A DNA stretch of 64,000 bases, taken from positions 3,038,001-3,102,000 of the forward strand of contig OX337228.1 of the NCBI GenBank assembly GCA_946965045.2, read 5' to 3'. This document shows, piece by piece, positions 32,057-43,193 of this stretch; position 1 is the stretch's first letter; each line of letters starts with the position of its first letter. Origin of the DNA: Epithemia pelagica (Eukaryota > Protista > Bacillariophyta). Both the position numbers and the translations under genes were made by a program. Under the pieces are notes generated by a model. The model was given only the letters and a program-made list of their open reading frames with translations. It searched no databases and was not told the DNA's origin.

Positions 32057-33025
32057 TCAATGGGATCGTTCTCGTACCAGATGGAGTCGCAGTTCATGAT
32101 ACGAGGAGCATCCTGTAGTAGGCAGTACAACCTCCTTCCACTTTTTATCAATCTCCTGACAAAGTCGTGGCGAAATCTCGGTTCGTGCATGGCCACTTAA
32201 ACCACGTCCAATTTTGGTGGACGACATTCCTGCATCTTTTGGCAGTCCACACGCCTCGTTTCGGGAAATTTTTGAGAGCTTTTCATCAAACTTATCCTTA
32301 TGCTGGCTCATAAACTCGTACGTCGAACGGGATATTGCTGCTTGGATCCGCGAGTCTTCTGTGTATCTCGAATCTAAGGACGACAAGAAATCAGCAATTC
32401 TCTTGACTTCTCTAGCAAGGTCGTCCTTGAGATCCTCAAAACAAACAAACAACACATTGGGATCTTTTCTTTTCTTGTACCAAGATACCAAGTGGACAAA
32501 GTAAGACGCATTTTGCATTCGACTCTTTGGTACACCACGGGCCAACCAGAATTCGTCCGCAAAGGTATCCAGAGAAATAGAACCTGGCTCAAAGAACCAT
32601 CCTTCAAAAAAATTATAAAATGACAAAAGGACATCGCAGGGGTCACGTATCACCACTATTGTTCGGGCAAACGGTGGACAATGCTCCTCCCAGGCATGCG
32701 TTTTGAAAAATCGCAGTTCTTGGCGCTCGTCTCCAAATTGTGCATCCTCCAGACGCTGTCGTTGATCATGAGCTAGTTCGATCCATGGGACCACATGTGA
32801 AATTTCTGAAAAATTCATATTTCCACCAGTTCGTAGTTGATGGCAAATTTGTTGCATCCATGTGGTTCCGGCCTTGGGGGTTGTGGTAATGCCCACATCA
32901 CGAGGACCCGGAACGTAACCAAGACCGTTTAATCGACTATCTTCCGTTTCGAATCCCGATAAACGCTGCTTCAAAAGAGCAATCGAGTCTGATTCATTCT
33001 CATTCAACGCAGTTTCCAAAGGCAT
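32057..33025 (-). CDS. Soluble sulfotransferase (Sulfotransfer_1/SULT-like)
   Basis: DVGITTTPKAGTTWMQQI (5'PSB), VPWIE, FFKTH, VIRDPCDVLLSFYNF (3'PB), LFVCFEDLKDDL...IADFL. Confidence 0.9.
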   Translation of the reverse strand: MPLETALNENESDSIALLKQRLSGFETEDSRLNGLGYVPGPRDVGITTTPKAGTTWMQQICHQLRTGGNMNFSEISHVVPWIELAHDQRQRLEDAQFGDERQELRFFKTHAWEEHCPPFARTIVVIRDPCDVLLSFYNFFEGWFFEPGSISLDTFADEFWLARGVPKSRMQNASYFVHLVSWYKKRKDPNVLFVCFEDLKDDLAREVKRIADFLSSLDSRYTEDSRIQAAISRSTYEFMSQHKDKFDEKLSKISRNEACGLPKDAGMSSTKIGRGLSGHARTEISPRLCQEIDKKWKEVVLPTTGCSSYHELRLHLVRERSH

Positions 33026-33308
33026 GCTGGTTTGACGAGATTGGAGGTGAATCTAACGCGAAGAAGAAAAAGTGAGGATAGATTTGCCACGTGGAACCTA
33101 CTGGGCTTTCTGACGCGGCTGACGCATGTCCCAGAACCCACTGATGGCGCGACCGCACATCCAGACACCGCCCATCGCCCATCCATCATCCATTCACTCA
33201 GCGAAGAAAAGAAGGACCCTCTGACACTGACCGAGAACCGAAGACAGGCCCATCTCTCATCTCAGCCCAGCAACTGACCTAGTAGAGAGTTGCTTTGATA
33301 TATTGACC

Positions 33309-33791
33309 ATGATGGTAAAATCACTCTTTTCTCTCTTGATTGTGGCCATGTCTGCGATCATGGCACAAGGATTCACTGGCTACACTCCTGTGTTTGGCGT
33401 CCGGGTATGTAATGAAATGGAATAAAATCTCGAGTGCAAGTCCTGGCTCTGACCTTCTATTTGTCGCTCTTGTTGGGTAACTTCTTGTTACCTCTGCCTT
33501 TTTACTTTTCATCAGAGCAATGTTTCCAATGGAAACACCATGACGATGCGCGCTCGTGAATGTGATTTGTTGGGCAAACGGCCAAATCGCGCAGCCCGTG
33601 TGGTTACCTTTTCCCACAGACGCATTAAGAAAGTACAGGAAGTGAACTTGCAGTGGAAAAGATTCTTTTCCGAAGACTTGAACCGTAATGTTCGATTGCG
33701 TTTGTCGACCAAGGGTATCAAGACGGTCAACAAGTTGGGAAGTATTGATAAGGCTGCCAAAAAGTTTGATTTGGATTTGAGCAAGTTTTAA
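33309..33791 (+). CDS. rpl28: Nuclear-encoded plastid ribosomal protein L28 (bL28) with a bipartite presequence; exons 33309-33404 and 33516-33791; 123 aa
   Basis: MMVKSLFSLLIVAMSAIMAQG|FTGYTP; phase-0 intron GTATGT...CAG; mature region ARECDLLGKRPN...VTFSHRRIKKVQEVNLQWKRF...VRLRLSTKGIKTV. Confidence 0.9.
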
Positions 33792-34191
33792 GAGAGACGA
33801 AGCATCGGGTGAAAGCTTGGTGATTGAAAATATTGGCGATGTAACAACTATCATCTACGGGCTCTGAGATTGTCTAGAGATTGTTAGGACTTATATCATG
33901 TTTAGTTGTGAAGTGTGACTACAGTTTACATTTTGCGTGCAAGCAATGGCTTATACACTGTTTGTTTGATCGTTTTGCAGTAGTGCTTTTGTTTGCATAT
34001 TATATACTGCTTTTGTGCGGCTCGTGATGGCGATGGGTCATCCGATTAGCCATTCTTTCTTTTCTTATATTCATTGCCTCGCGTACTTACTAGGACAAGA
34101 AGGCCCACTAGCTTGTACAAATCGTGAGCTGGTCTGAAATCTCTTTGTTGACATTGTGCACTATCATCGTATTCACGGTTCATGCACGGAC

Positions 34192-37100
34192 TCATGCTTG
34201 GCAATGCAAGCAAATATCATCCGGAGCGTCCGCACTAGGCAGTACAAAGGAAGAGGATGAATGCGGTAGGGCATCATCCTCTGACACAGTGGAGGATCCC
34301 GCGGTCGCTGTCTTCTCCACCGTATACTGAATGGCATTTGCGGCTGGCTTGGTTCGGAGGTAGTACATGCCTGTCTTGAGGCCCTTTTTCCAGGCATAAA
34401 AATGCATGGCCGTCAGTTTTTCCAAGGTCGGATCGGCAATAAAGAGATTTAGCGATTGGCTTTGATCCACAAACTTGCCACGATCCGCCGACATGTCGAT
34501 AATATCTTTCATTTTTATCTCCCATACAGTTTTATAAAGTTCCTTGAGCCGATTGGGAATTTCCGGAATGTTTCGTACCGATCCCCCATCCAACATCAAC
34601 TGATTACGGACGGCAGGGGTCCACAACCCACGATCGGTCAAGTCTTGGAGAAGATGAGGATTGGCCATAATGAATTCTCCCGCCTTGACCCGTCGAAGAT
34701 ACAGATTCGAGCTGAATGGCTCAAAACACTCATTCACACCCAAGATTTGACTTGTGGATGCTGTGGGCATGGGAGCGACCAGTAGCGAGTTTCGTAGTCC
34801 CGTCTTCATGATCCTTTTTCGCAACGTAGCCCAATCATATCCTCCCTGGTCCTGATTCGCAACGGGATACCTCTGAAGTGTCTTGGACTTTACTTGATCG
34901 GGAGTCGCATAATAGCGATTACTTGGTGTATCACCATCCTCCACTCCCCAAAGATTGAACTGAAGCTGGCCTTTGTTTGCGGGACTACCCTCAAACGTTG
35001 TGTATGGACCGTGTGATTCAGCCAATTCCGCAGAGGCTTCCAATGCCGCATGGTATATTGTCTCAAAGATGGCGCTGTTCAACTCTTTGGCCTCATCGGA
35101 TGTAAACGGTAGTCCCAGACGCAAGAAGGCATCGGCGAGTCCCGAAACGCCAATTCCAATCGGTCGATGTCGTAGGTTTGAGAGTCGAGATCCTTCCACT
35201 GGATATTTGTTTAGATCAATAATCTTGTTCAAGTTTCGCGTGACAACCTTTACAGCGGCATGGAGGGCACCATGATCAAAATAGGCGCGTCCCGACTGGG
35301 GGGACACGGAGCCAAACGGTCCGCGATCCGATACAACAAATTTCGGCAAACACAAACTGGCCAAATTGCAAACAGCCACTTCCTCGGGATCCGTGTATTG
35401 AACAATTTCGGTGCAGAGATTGCTACATTGAATCGTCCCCAAGTTTTGTTGGTTGCTCTTGGTATTACAAGCATCCTTGTATAGCATGTACGGATTTCCG
35501 CATTCAATTTGTGCCTCGACAATGGCATTCCAAAGATCCCGTGCTCGTATTCTTCGGAAATATCGTCCGTCCCGTTCATAGCTCTCATAGAGCTTGTCAA
35601 ATTCTGTTCCATAGCATTGTGAAAGTCCAGGGCACTGTTGGGGACACATGAGACTCCACATATCATCGTCTTTGACTCGCTTCATAAACAAATCCGGGAT
35701 CCATAGTCCATAGAACAAGTCTCGCGCTCTCTGTTCTTCCTTGCCATGATTCTTCTTGAGATTCAAAACATCAAAGATATCAGAGTGCCATGGTTCAAGG
35801 TAAATCGCAAAGGCCCCTGGTCGCTTTCCTCCGCCTTGATCCACATAGCGACTTGTCACATCGTAGACGCGCAACATTGGGACAAGTCCATTCGATACAC
35901 CTGTGGAAGAAAGAAAATAACATTCTTAGCATGAATGGAGGGCACACCAGAATGTGGCAACAGCAAAACCCAAGGTATGGCTCTGGAAACACCACTGGAA
36001 GTACCGGCAATCTGTTTCAAAAGGCACACAAGAAGAACCAACAGACCGACACACGTACCTCGTGTCCCTCGAATGGGTGTCCCACGCGCACGAATATTGT
36101 GAATCGCCAGACCAATGCCTCCCGCAGCTTTGGAAATTTCGGCACATCGTTTGAGAGTATCGTAAATCCCGGAAATGGAATCTTCACTCATTTGTACCAA
36201 ATAACAAGACGACAATTGCGGATGGGTAGTGCCGGCATGAAAGAGAGTGGGGGACGCATGTGTCATGAATCCTTGACTCATGAGATCATACGTCTCAAAG
36301 GCGGCCTCCAAGGCTGCCGTCACGTCAGAATCGTGGACGTTGTTGTCGGCCTCCTGACTGCTATGGCGGCTAATATCCGAACAATGGATCCCCAAGGCGA
36401 CCCGCATCATGAGATATTGGGGTCGTTCGACAATGGTACCATCATCGGCGCGTAGCAAGTAGGCACGTTCCAAGGTTTTGAATCCAAAATAGGTGAGACA
36501 CCAATCTCGTTCCGGAACAATCCGGTCGTTAATGACCGAGGCATGACGCTGAATAAAGCGTGCCAAGTCGGCATCGACAAAGCCACGACCATGGTTGCAC
36601 AAGAGTTGCATGGCTTGCGAAAAGGTATCGGGGGTTGATTTGTGATTGGCGGACAAACGGATCCGTGCCGCCAAAGTAGCATAATCGACATGTTGCGTAC
36701 TCATACTGGCGGCCGTTTCGGCGGCCAGGATATCAATCTCGGTCGAAGAGACATTGGGATAAATACCCAACAAGATACTATCGGTCAAGGATTCAACCTT
36801 GACAAACCGTGCATCGAGACCTTCTGTCAAGTCTTTTAATCGACAAAGAAGTTTGGTGCGGTTCAAGGCCTGTCGTTCTCCATTGCGTTTGATTATAAAC
36901 AGTGGTTCGTCGCTGTGGTCTGCGACACGTTCGGGGTCCATTGAAGAGGCAAGTGGAGGCGTCGAGGAGATTGGATTGGCACGAACAGGATCAGTAGTAG
37001 TTACTGTAGAAGTTGGTTCTGGCAGCAAGGTGGATTCGATGGTCTCGGAAGTATCGTTGGAGGACGACAGAGACATTGTGGATCCACCGGAACACGAAAG

Positions 37101-37277
37101 CCAGGAGGCGGACAAGGACGGTGATGAATGGGAGGGCGAGGAGGTTCGGTGGCTGTTAGCCTCTGAGAGTCGTGGCAGTATGCCCCATGATAAAATCAGT
37201 AATAGGGGACAGTACCACGGTAGCCGTCCAACTGATGGCGTCCACGACGAACGTATCATCATCCTCATGATTGTCAT
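34192..37277 (-). CDS. RRM1: Ribonucleoside-diphosphate reductase large subunit (class Ia) with a 124-aa N-terminal extension; exons 37277-36059 and 35900-34192; 975 aa
   Basis: ATP cone IIKRNGERQ; PQLSSCYL; splice GTRG|[13 protein letters not shown] via intron 36058-35901 (GTACGT...CAG); SNLCTEI; VCNLASL; APMPTAST; KTGMYYLRT; terminal CLHCQA. Confidence 0.96.
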
Positions 37278-37596
37278 TCGACGATGGTTCGATCAGGTCG
37301 GAAGTTTGTTCTTCAGATTATTTGTGTTCTATTTTTCTGTCGGAGGTTGGAGGATATGCGACTGGAAATGGAACGGTCTGAACGTCCTGGCTGTCTGCCT
37401 GCCACCCGACCCGGTTTGGAGGCAGCTATGTGTGCTATCGTGACAAGAAAACCATCAACTCATGGATCATCTTTCATCGGCATCATCCACAATCCCCATC
37501 TATCAAACCTTGCTCTCTCTGGAAGTAAAAGTCACTCACCTTCACTCTTGCTGTTGCATTGATCATTTCTGAACAGGCACTACCATACTACAAAGA

Positions 37597-38469
37597 ATGC
37601 CACCCGCACAAGACGCCCTATCTTCAGAAGCTGCTCCGACCAAGACTCCTGTTCCGTCCGAAACTAGCACTACTGGGTTGCGATCGGCCTTTTCGACATC
37701 GCAAAATCCCCAAGCGCTTCGTTCGAATGACAGCGATTCCTCACGTCTTTGCAATCAATGGGTGGAACGAGGCCTTACAACCAACAAAGCCATTCAATTC
37801 TTGCTCCAACATTTGCATGACCTGGGCTGTGCTCCCCCCAATGGATTCATTTCGTGCCGACACTGCGACAAACCACAAGCCAGTGGCTTTGGAAAAGTAG
37901 TGCCGACGATACCCCAAAACTCGAATGACGAGACCAATACCAATTGTGCCACGGTCTCGAGGGATTTTCAATCCGCTTTGGACGCGTCCACATCCTCCTC
38001 CTCACCTCCTCTGAAACTGGAGCCCGAAATTTTTGTGTGTCAGCAGTACATGATGAATGAGACCATGACTCACAAGACGATCGTACACGAATTGATTCAT
38101 GCCATTGACTTGTGTCGGACGAATATGGATCCTGTCCGCAATTGTTTGCATTTGGCCTGTACCGAAATTCGGGCGGAAAACTTGAGTGGAGAATGTAGTT
38201 TTCTCAAAGAGTTGCCTCGCATGGTGTTTGGATCGACCCAACACGACGAATTTGATGAAGGAGATGAAGAGAAACGGGGTGGTCGTGGCTTTCGCGGTCA
38301 TGGCGGTGCCTGCATTCAAAGACGGGCCGTCTTGTCGGTACGGGCCAATCCCAAATGTGCACCCCGTGCCAATGAATATGTACGGGCTGCTCTTCCACGA
38401 TGTTTGAACGATAATTATCCCTTTCCTCGTCACCCCAATCAAATGTATTGGCTGGGTGAAAAAGAGTAA
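37597..38469 (+). CDS. ATP23: Mitochondrial inner membrane protease ATP23 (peptidase M76)
   Basis: IVHELIHAIDLCR (HExxH), CLHLACTEIRAENLSGECSF, CIQRRAVLSVRANPKC, RCLNDNYPF. Confidence 0.92.
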   Translation: MPPAQDALSSEAAPTKTPVPSETSTTGLRSAFSTSQNPQALRSNDSDSSRLCNQWVERGLTTNKAIQFLLQHLHDLGCAPPNGFISCRHCDKPQASGFGKVVPTIPQNSNDETNTNCATVSRDFQSALDASTSSSSPPLKLEPEIFVCQQYMMNETMTHKTIVHELIHAIDLCRTNMDPVRNCLHLACTEIRAENLSGECSFLKELPRMVFGSTQHDEFDEGDEEKRGGRGFRGHGGACIQRRAVLSVRANPKCAPRANEYVRAALPRCLNDNYPFPRHPNQMYWLGEKE

Positions 38470-38817
38470 GAATATACACACACACACGAGGACGTACCCT
38501 CGATTTGTTTTGACCAGAGCAAACACATGTACCGTACGAAAAAAACGGGCGACCACACCAATGCCATTGTTTCGTAGGTCATCGATACGACTGTACACTA
38601 CAAATTCTTTTGAGGCAGGCATTGGATAGACTCTGAAAGGATTGGGCTCAGTGTTACCCTAAAGAAATAAATGCTAATGTTCTTCTTTTTTAGATTCCCA
38701 GAGTACCCTCTAGACTGGTTAATTCGAGCTTTGCGTTCCGCCCATCAAGGTTGAAATCAACCAACAAGTATGACAAAGTTCCTTCAGTGAAAGACATCCA
38801 CCCTCTAGGTAGGTAAG

Positions 38818-39291
<474 letters not shown>

Positions 39292-40055
39292 TTACAAATA
39301 AGAACCGTCGCAAGCTCGTGTCGTTGTTCGTGGACACAATCAGGCGCCGAGAGGTCGTTAACACGATGATTCTCGTGTCGATGATTCGAGGAGAGAGGTA
39401 ATAGTAGGGCGGTAAGGGGTAACCTTAAGGAGTAGAGCGAAGTGCTCCCACCGACAGACGGCACTCGCGCGCGGCATGAAGAGTTTGTGCGATTGAATTC
39501 AGCAATCGCCGAAAAAACAGGGAGCGAAAGGAAAGGTCGTAGATCGCCCGGCGATCGAAGCGCATTCCCGATTCGTAGCATTCAGTATCAAATATACGTA
39601 CGGCGAGAAAGGCCCTTTCACGCAGGCCAACCTCTCGAATATGAAGATATAGCAAAGAGGACACTGGCCACTTGCCCCCACGCACCAGAGCAGGCATCTC
39701 CAAAATCCGAAAGCGAGACAAACAACACGGAGCTCTCTCATCGTTCGTTACACATTACGCCTCTTTGTTTGGGTCGTATAGTTTATGGTCGTTCATTCTA
39801 CAGCTGTCTTGTCGATTCTGGGTCGGGGTTCTTGTCGCTACATTTCCAAGACAAAGAGGCGAGAGAGGATTAAATCGGGCTCTGAATTCTAGCATCGCAA
39901 AAGAGGAGAAGATCCCACGAAAGACCAAGTAATTGGACTTAGAGACCATCACTTCCAAAGCACGACACCCAATACGCACATTTCATACATTGGCGTCGTT
40001 CTTCTCTGTCTGAGACAACGTTTTCATTCAATCTATCAAATCAGTCGTGACTATA

Positions 40056-42164
40056 ATGGCGGCACAAAATGAAGCGCTACAACGGCCTGTCTCGCCTCCT
40101 CTAAATTCGACTGCGACGTCTTCAACAATCGCCAACGAGTCGAGGCCTTTGCAACAACAGGAGGAGGTACATGAATTCTCAACGGTTCATCGAGATAAGG
40201 CGATTGGGCGCCTGACTAATGTGTTTCTCGAAAAAGCGATTCCATTAACAGTGTTGACTTGGTTCTATACGGGTGCTTGGGGTATGACAGTGTTAGCTTT
40301 TTTCTCCATACCCCTGGTTGTCACCATTCAAGGTTGCATAAGCTTGACAGCTTTGAGAATTGTGTTCGGCAAACGACCTGGACCAGTGACTCCTCGACAT
40401 GGAGTTGTCGTGGCTAAACTACCACAAAGTAATCAGCATGAATCAATCAAGCAACAAACGCAAACACAATCATCGGAAGAACCGGAGGAAAGCAGGGTAT
40501 CATCATACAAAATCCCTTACCCACCCACTACCTTCCCCGATAGAGAAGAAAACAAGGCAGATTACCAGTTTCTCAAGGACCATGCGTCAAAACAAAGGCC
40601 ATTGCGCCTGTTGGTGATGGGAGACTCCATGGCGGTGGGTGTAGGACAATGTATATGGCCCACACCCTTGATGCCCGAAACAGTCGCCAAATGTTTGAGT
40701 GCACAATTAGGTGGACGGCCTGTGTACTGGACATGCCATGGAGCGACAGGCGCATCTGTCGGATGGATCATTCGAGAACTCGAACGCGGCGCCCATTACA
40801 TGGGGGAAAACAGCGACAGCGGCAATCCTTTTGCTAAAATTCCTGCTAGCTGCAGCAGCGAAACAGATGAATCCAGTTGCACCGATGGATCCAGGGGAAG
40901 CAACACCAGTAGTGGTAATAACACTACAACTACTTTGGAAGATGACAGGTCTCAACAGCCAGATCGAAGAACTGAAGAGATGGCATCTCACGGATTTGTG
41001 GTTGGGACGGATGTCGAGGTTTGCAACAAATCTTGCTGGCAAACGAGTTTGCAGCAACATCGGACAAGGTTCGAGCCCCATTTGCAAGGGTTCTACGATA
41101 TTGTTGTGTGTGTGACGGGGCCGAATGACGTAAAATCAGCTGTAATGCCCTTTCTACTGACTCGTGAAGATTCTCAGTTTCGCAAACAAGCACAAGCCCG
41201 TGGTTCCAGTTTCATTCATGATTTGCGTTTGGTCTCGGAAACTCTGATGCGCAAAATGCAGTTGAGAGTAAAGTGGATCAAGACATCGGTCCAAACCGCG
41301 GCGGAATCTGTGCTGGAAAGTGTGGAAGAGAGGCTTCATCATGTCGCATCGACCTCCAACCTCGCGGCACGACAAAAAATAATGCACACCAATGGTGGAG
41401 AGGGGGACTTTGACGATCAGGACGACAAGAGCGAGGGTGAGCCTCATCCACCTATTGTGGAAACAGGTGGAGCCACCGTCGTTACCAGCAGTTTAGGAAG
41501 CGAGCCGTCTCAACACAATCAACGTGATCCATTGGAACATCATCATCATGACAGCAACCATAACCCGCTTGTCGTGTTTCCAGGTTACCCAAATCATTTC
41601 ATACCGGTGTTTCAAGATATCCCCCTGGATTGGTACTGTGGGCCACCCATTAGTATGTATGCTCCATTGGCATTGGATATACTGGATGCCCACAAGCACG
41701 ACTTAGGCTGCTCCTTTCCAGAAGATATTCTCTTTGTTCCAGCTCCAGGGCAAGCCGAAATGACTGAATATATTTTACAGCGAGGTGAGCTGTTTGACTC
41801 GAAGGACAAAGAACATATCATTGTATCACTACGTGATATTGATGAAAGTGACGTTGAGAAGCAACAAAAGATCCTCCAGGCATATTATGGAGATTCGGAG
41901 AATTGTATTTATGATACCAGTCCATTTCGTCACTTGCGTCGGTGGCTAGGTTTCCCCATTGCAACAGTGTTCAAGCTGTTTGGGTCAGATGGACTGCATT
42001 GTAATGAATTGGGATACGACGCTTGGGCCCGGTATTTGGGCCGAGCCATTGCACAAGAATGGCGAAACCGCGAAGCTAGCGAACAAGATGCAGTATCGCA
42101 ATCAGAATCTAGACAAGACGACAGTCACGACCACAGCAGCAGCAAAAACAAGAAAGACAATTAG
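40056..42164 (+). CDS. Membrane-anchored SGNH/GDSL hydrolase
   Basis: N-terminal TM segment; block I LVMGDSMAVGVG; block II HGATGAS; block III TGPNDV; block V DGLHCNELGY; long low-complexity insertions. Confidence 0.85.
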   Translation: MAAQNEALQRPVSPPLNSTATSSTIANESRPLQQQEEVHEFSTVHRDKAIGRLTNVFLEKAIPLTVLTWFYTGAWGMTVLAFFSIPLVVTIQGCISLTALRIVFGKRPGPVTPRHGVVVAKLPQSNQHESIKQQTQTQSSEEPEESRVSSYKIPYPPTTFPDREENKADYQFLKDHASKQRPLRLLVMGDSMAVGVGQCIWPTPLMPETVAKCLSAQLGGRPVYWTCHGATGASVGWIIRELERGAHYMGENSDSGNPFAKIPASCSSETDESSCTDGSRGSNTSSGNNTTTTLEDDRSQQPDRRTEEMASHGFVVGTDVEVCNKSCWQTSLQQHRTRFEPHLQGFYDIVVCVTGPNDVKSAVMPFLLTREDSQFRKQAQARGSSFIHDLRLVSETLMRKMQLRVKWIKTSVQTAAESVLESVEERLHHVASTSNLAARQKIMHTNGGEGDFDDQDDKSEGEPHPPIVETGGATVVTSSLGSEPSQHNQRDPLEHHHHDSNHNPLVVFPGYPNHFIPVFQDIPLDWYCGPPISMYAPLALDILDAHKHDLGCSFPEDILFVPAPGQAEMTEYILQRGELFDSKDKEHIIVSLRDIDESDVEKQQKILQAYYGDSENCIYDTSPFRHLRRWLGFPIATVFKLFGSDGLHCNELGYDAWARYLGRAIAQEWRNREASEQDAVSQSESRQDDSHDHSSSKNKKDN

Positions 42165-42495
42165 TTTCTTGAAATGTCATTGTAAAAATCAAGTTTGTCA
42201 TGATGGAGGTTCATATGTATCACATGGAGGAAAACTTCGACAATTATCAATAGCAAAACAGTAGGCAGATAAGCTACCACAATAAGTTGTACTATACAGC
42301 GCTTTATCCGACTCGGCACTAACTGAAGCTACGGCGATTTTAGGTTACGAGGGCTAGATATTAGCCTTATCCTTATTGTGCAACTCTCGAGCCGGTGTGA
42401 AATCTTCGACCATCGCGGCGCTTCCATGATACAAACCAGATTTCTGTATCCTTTAATCCTTTCTTTGAGATAGCCAAGAGACAAATAGATACAAG

Positions 42496-42915
42496 ATGCA
42501 AGACGACAGCATGGCACAGATTCCTGTAATGCAACGACCTGTTTCCTTGATGGAACATGGTCCCAACAGTCAGAACTTGGCGGCCATGGCGCAAGCTCGC
42601 CATCCGCTCGATCAAATGCAACGACGAGAACAACAACAGCCGTCAGGGGGTGTGGACTTGGACTTTGTACGACATGTCTATGGATCCGGACTAGCGATGC
42701 GTCTGGCTACCGAGCAAAAGATCGCGGTTCAACAAGAACAAGCGAGTCTAGTACCTCTTCATCATGGCAGCAACTCGGGAAGTTTGTACCGAGAAATTGT
42801 CACGGGCCAAGACATGAAGCTCGACTTTGCCGACTATTTGTCACTTCCGGAACACCAACCCGAAATGCCTCGTGAAAATTTGCATCTTGCTGCGGAACGA
42901 AAATTGGGATTGTAA
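42496..42915 (+). CDS. UMP1: Proteasome maturation factor UMP1/POMP
   Basis: HPLD motif, VYGSGLAMRLATE, EIVTGQDMKLDFADYL, C-terminal HLAAERKLGL. Confidence 0.88.
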   Translation: MQDDSMAQIPVMQRPVSLMEHGPNSQNLAAMAQARHPLDQMQRREQQQPSGGVDLDFVRHVYGSGLAMRLATEQKIAVQQEQASLVPLHHGSNSGSLYREIVTGQDMKLDFADYLSLPEHQPEMPRENLHLAAERKLGL

Positions 42916-43036
42916 CGTGGAGAAAAGGGGATTGGATATATCCTCGTGTTGGAGACGACAAAAGCTACCATCCCATCATCCTCAACATTCCCCGGAAGCA
43001 ATGGACATCGCTGATGAAACTTGGTAGCGTCATGAC

Positions 43037-43044
43037 TAGGAGTA
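43037..43044 (+). promoter_or_regulatory. TAGGAGTA motif between convergent genes
   Basis: Read directly; lies between the UMP1 and GS-like stop codons. Confidence 0.3.
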
Positions 43045-43193
43045 AAGTAAAATCTGACTCAGCTGCTCTATTAAGATTGGATTTCACTCAGGTTTCAAGT
43101 CGTAGCGGCCCCGATAAGATGCAGGTTCTCTAGCTCTATTAAATCGTAGCAAAATGACAAGGCTGGATATGCGAGGGAGACGGAGAAGATTCT

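Noticed and set aside
19705-33025. Two sulfotransferases, a glycosyltransferase and a cysteine desulfhydrase as a sulfated-glycan gene cluster
   Set aside because: Interspersed with unrelated housekeeping genes, different predicted compartments, and these families are large in algae; co-expression data would be needed.
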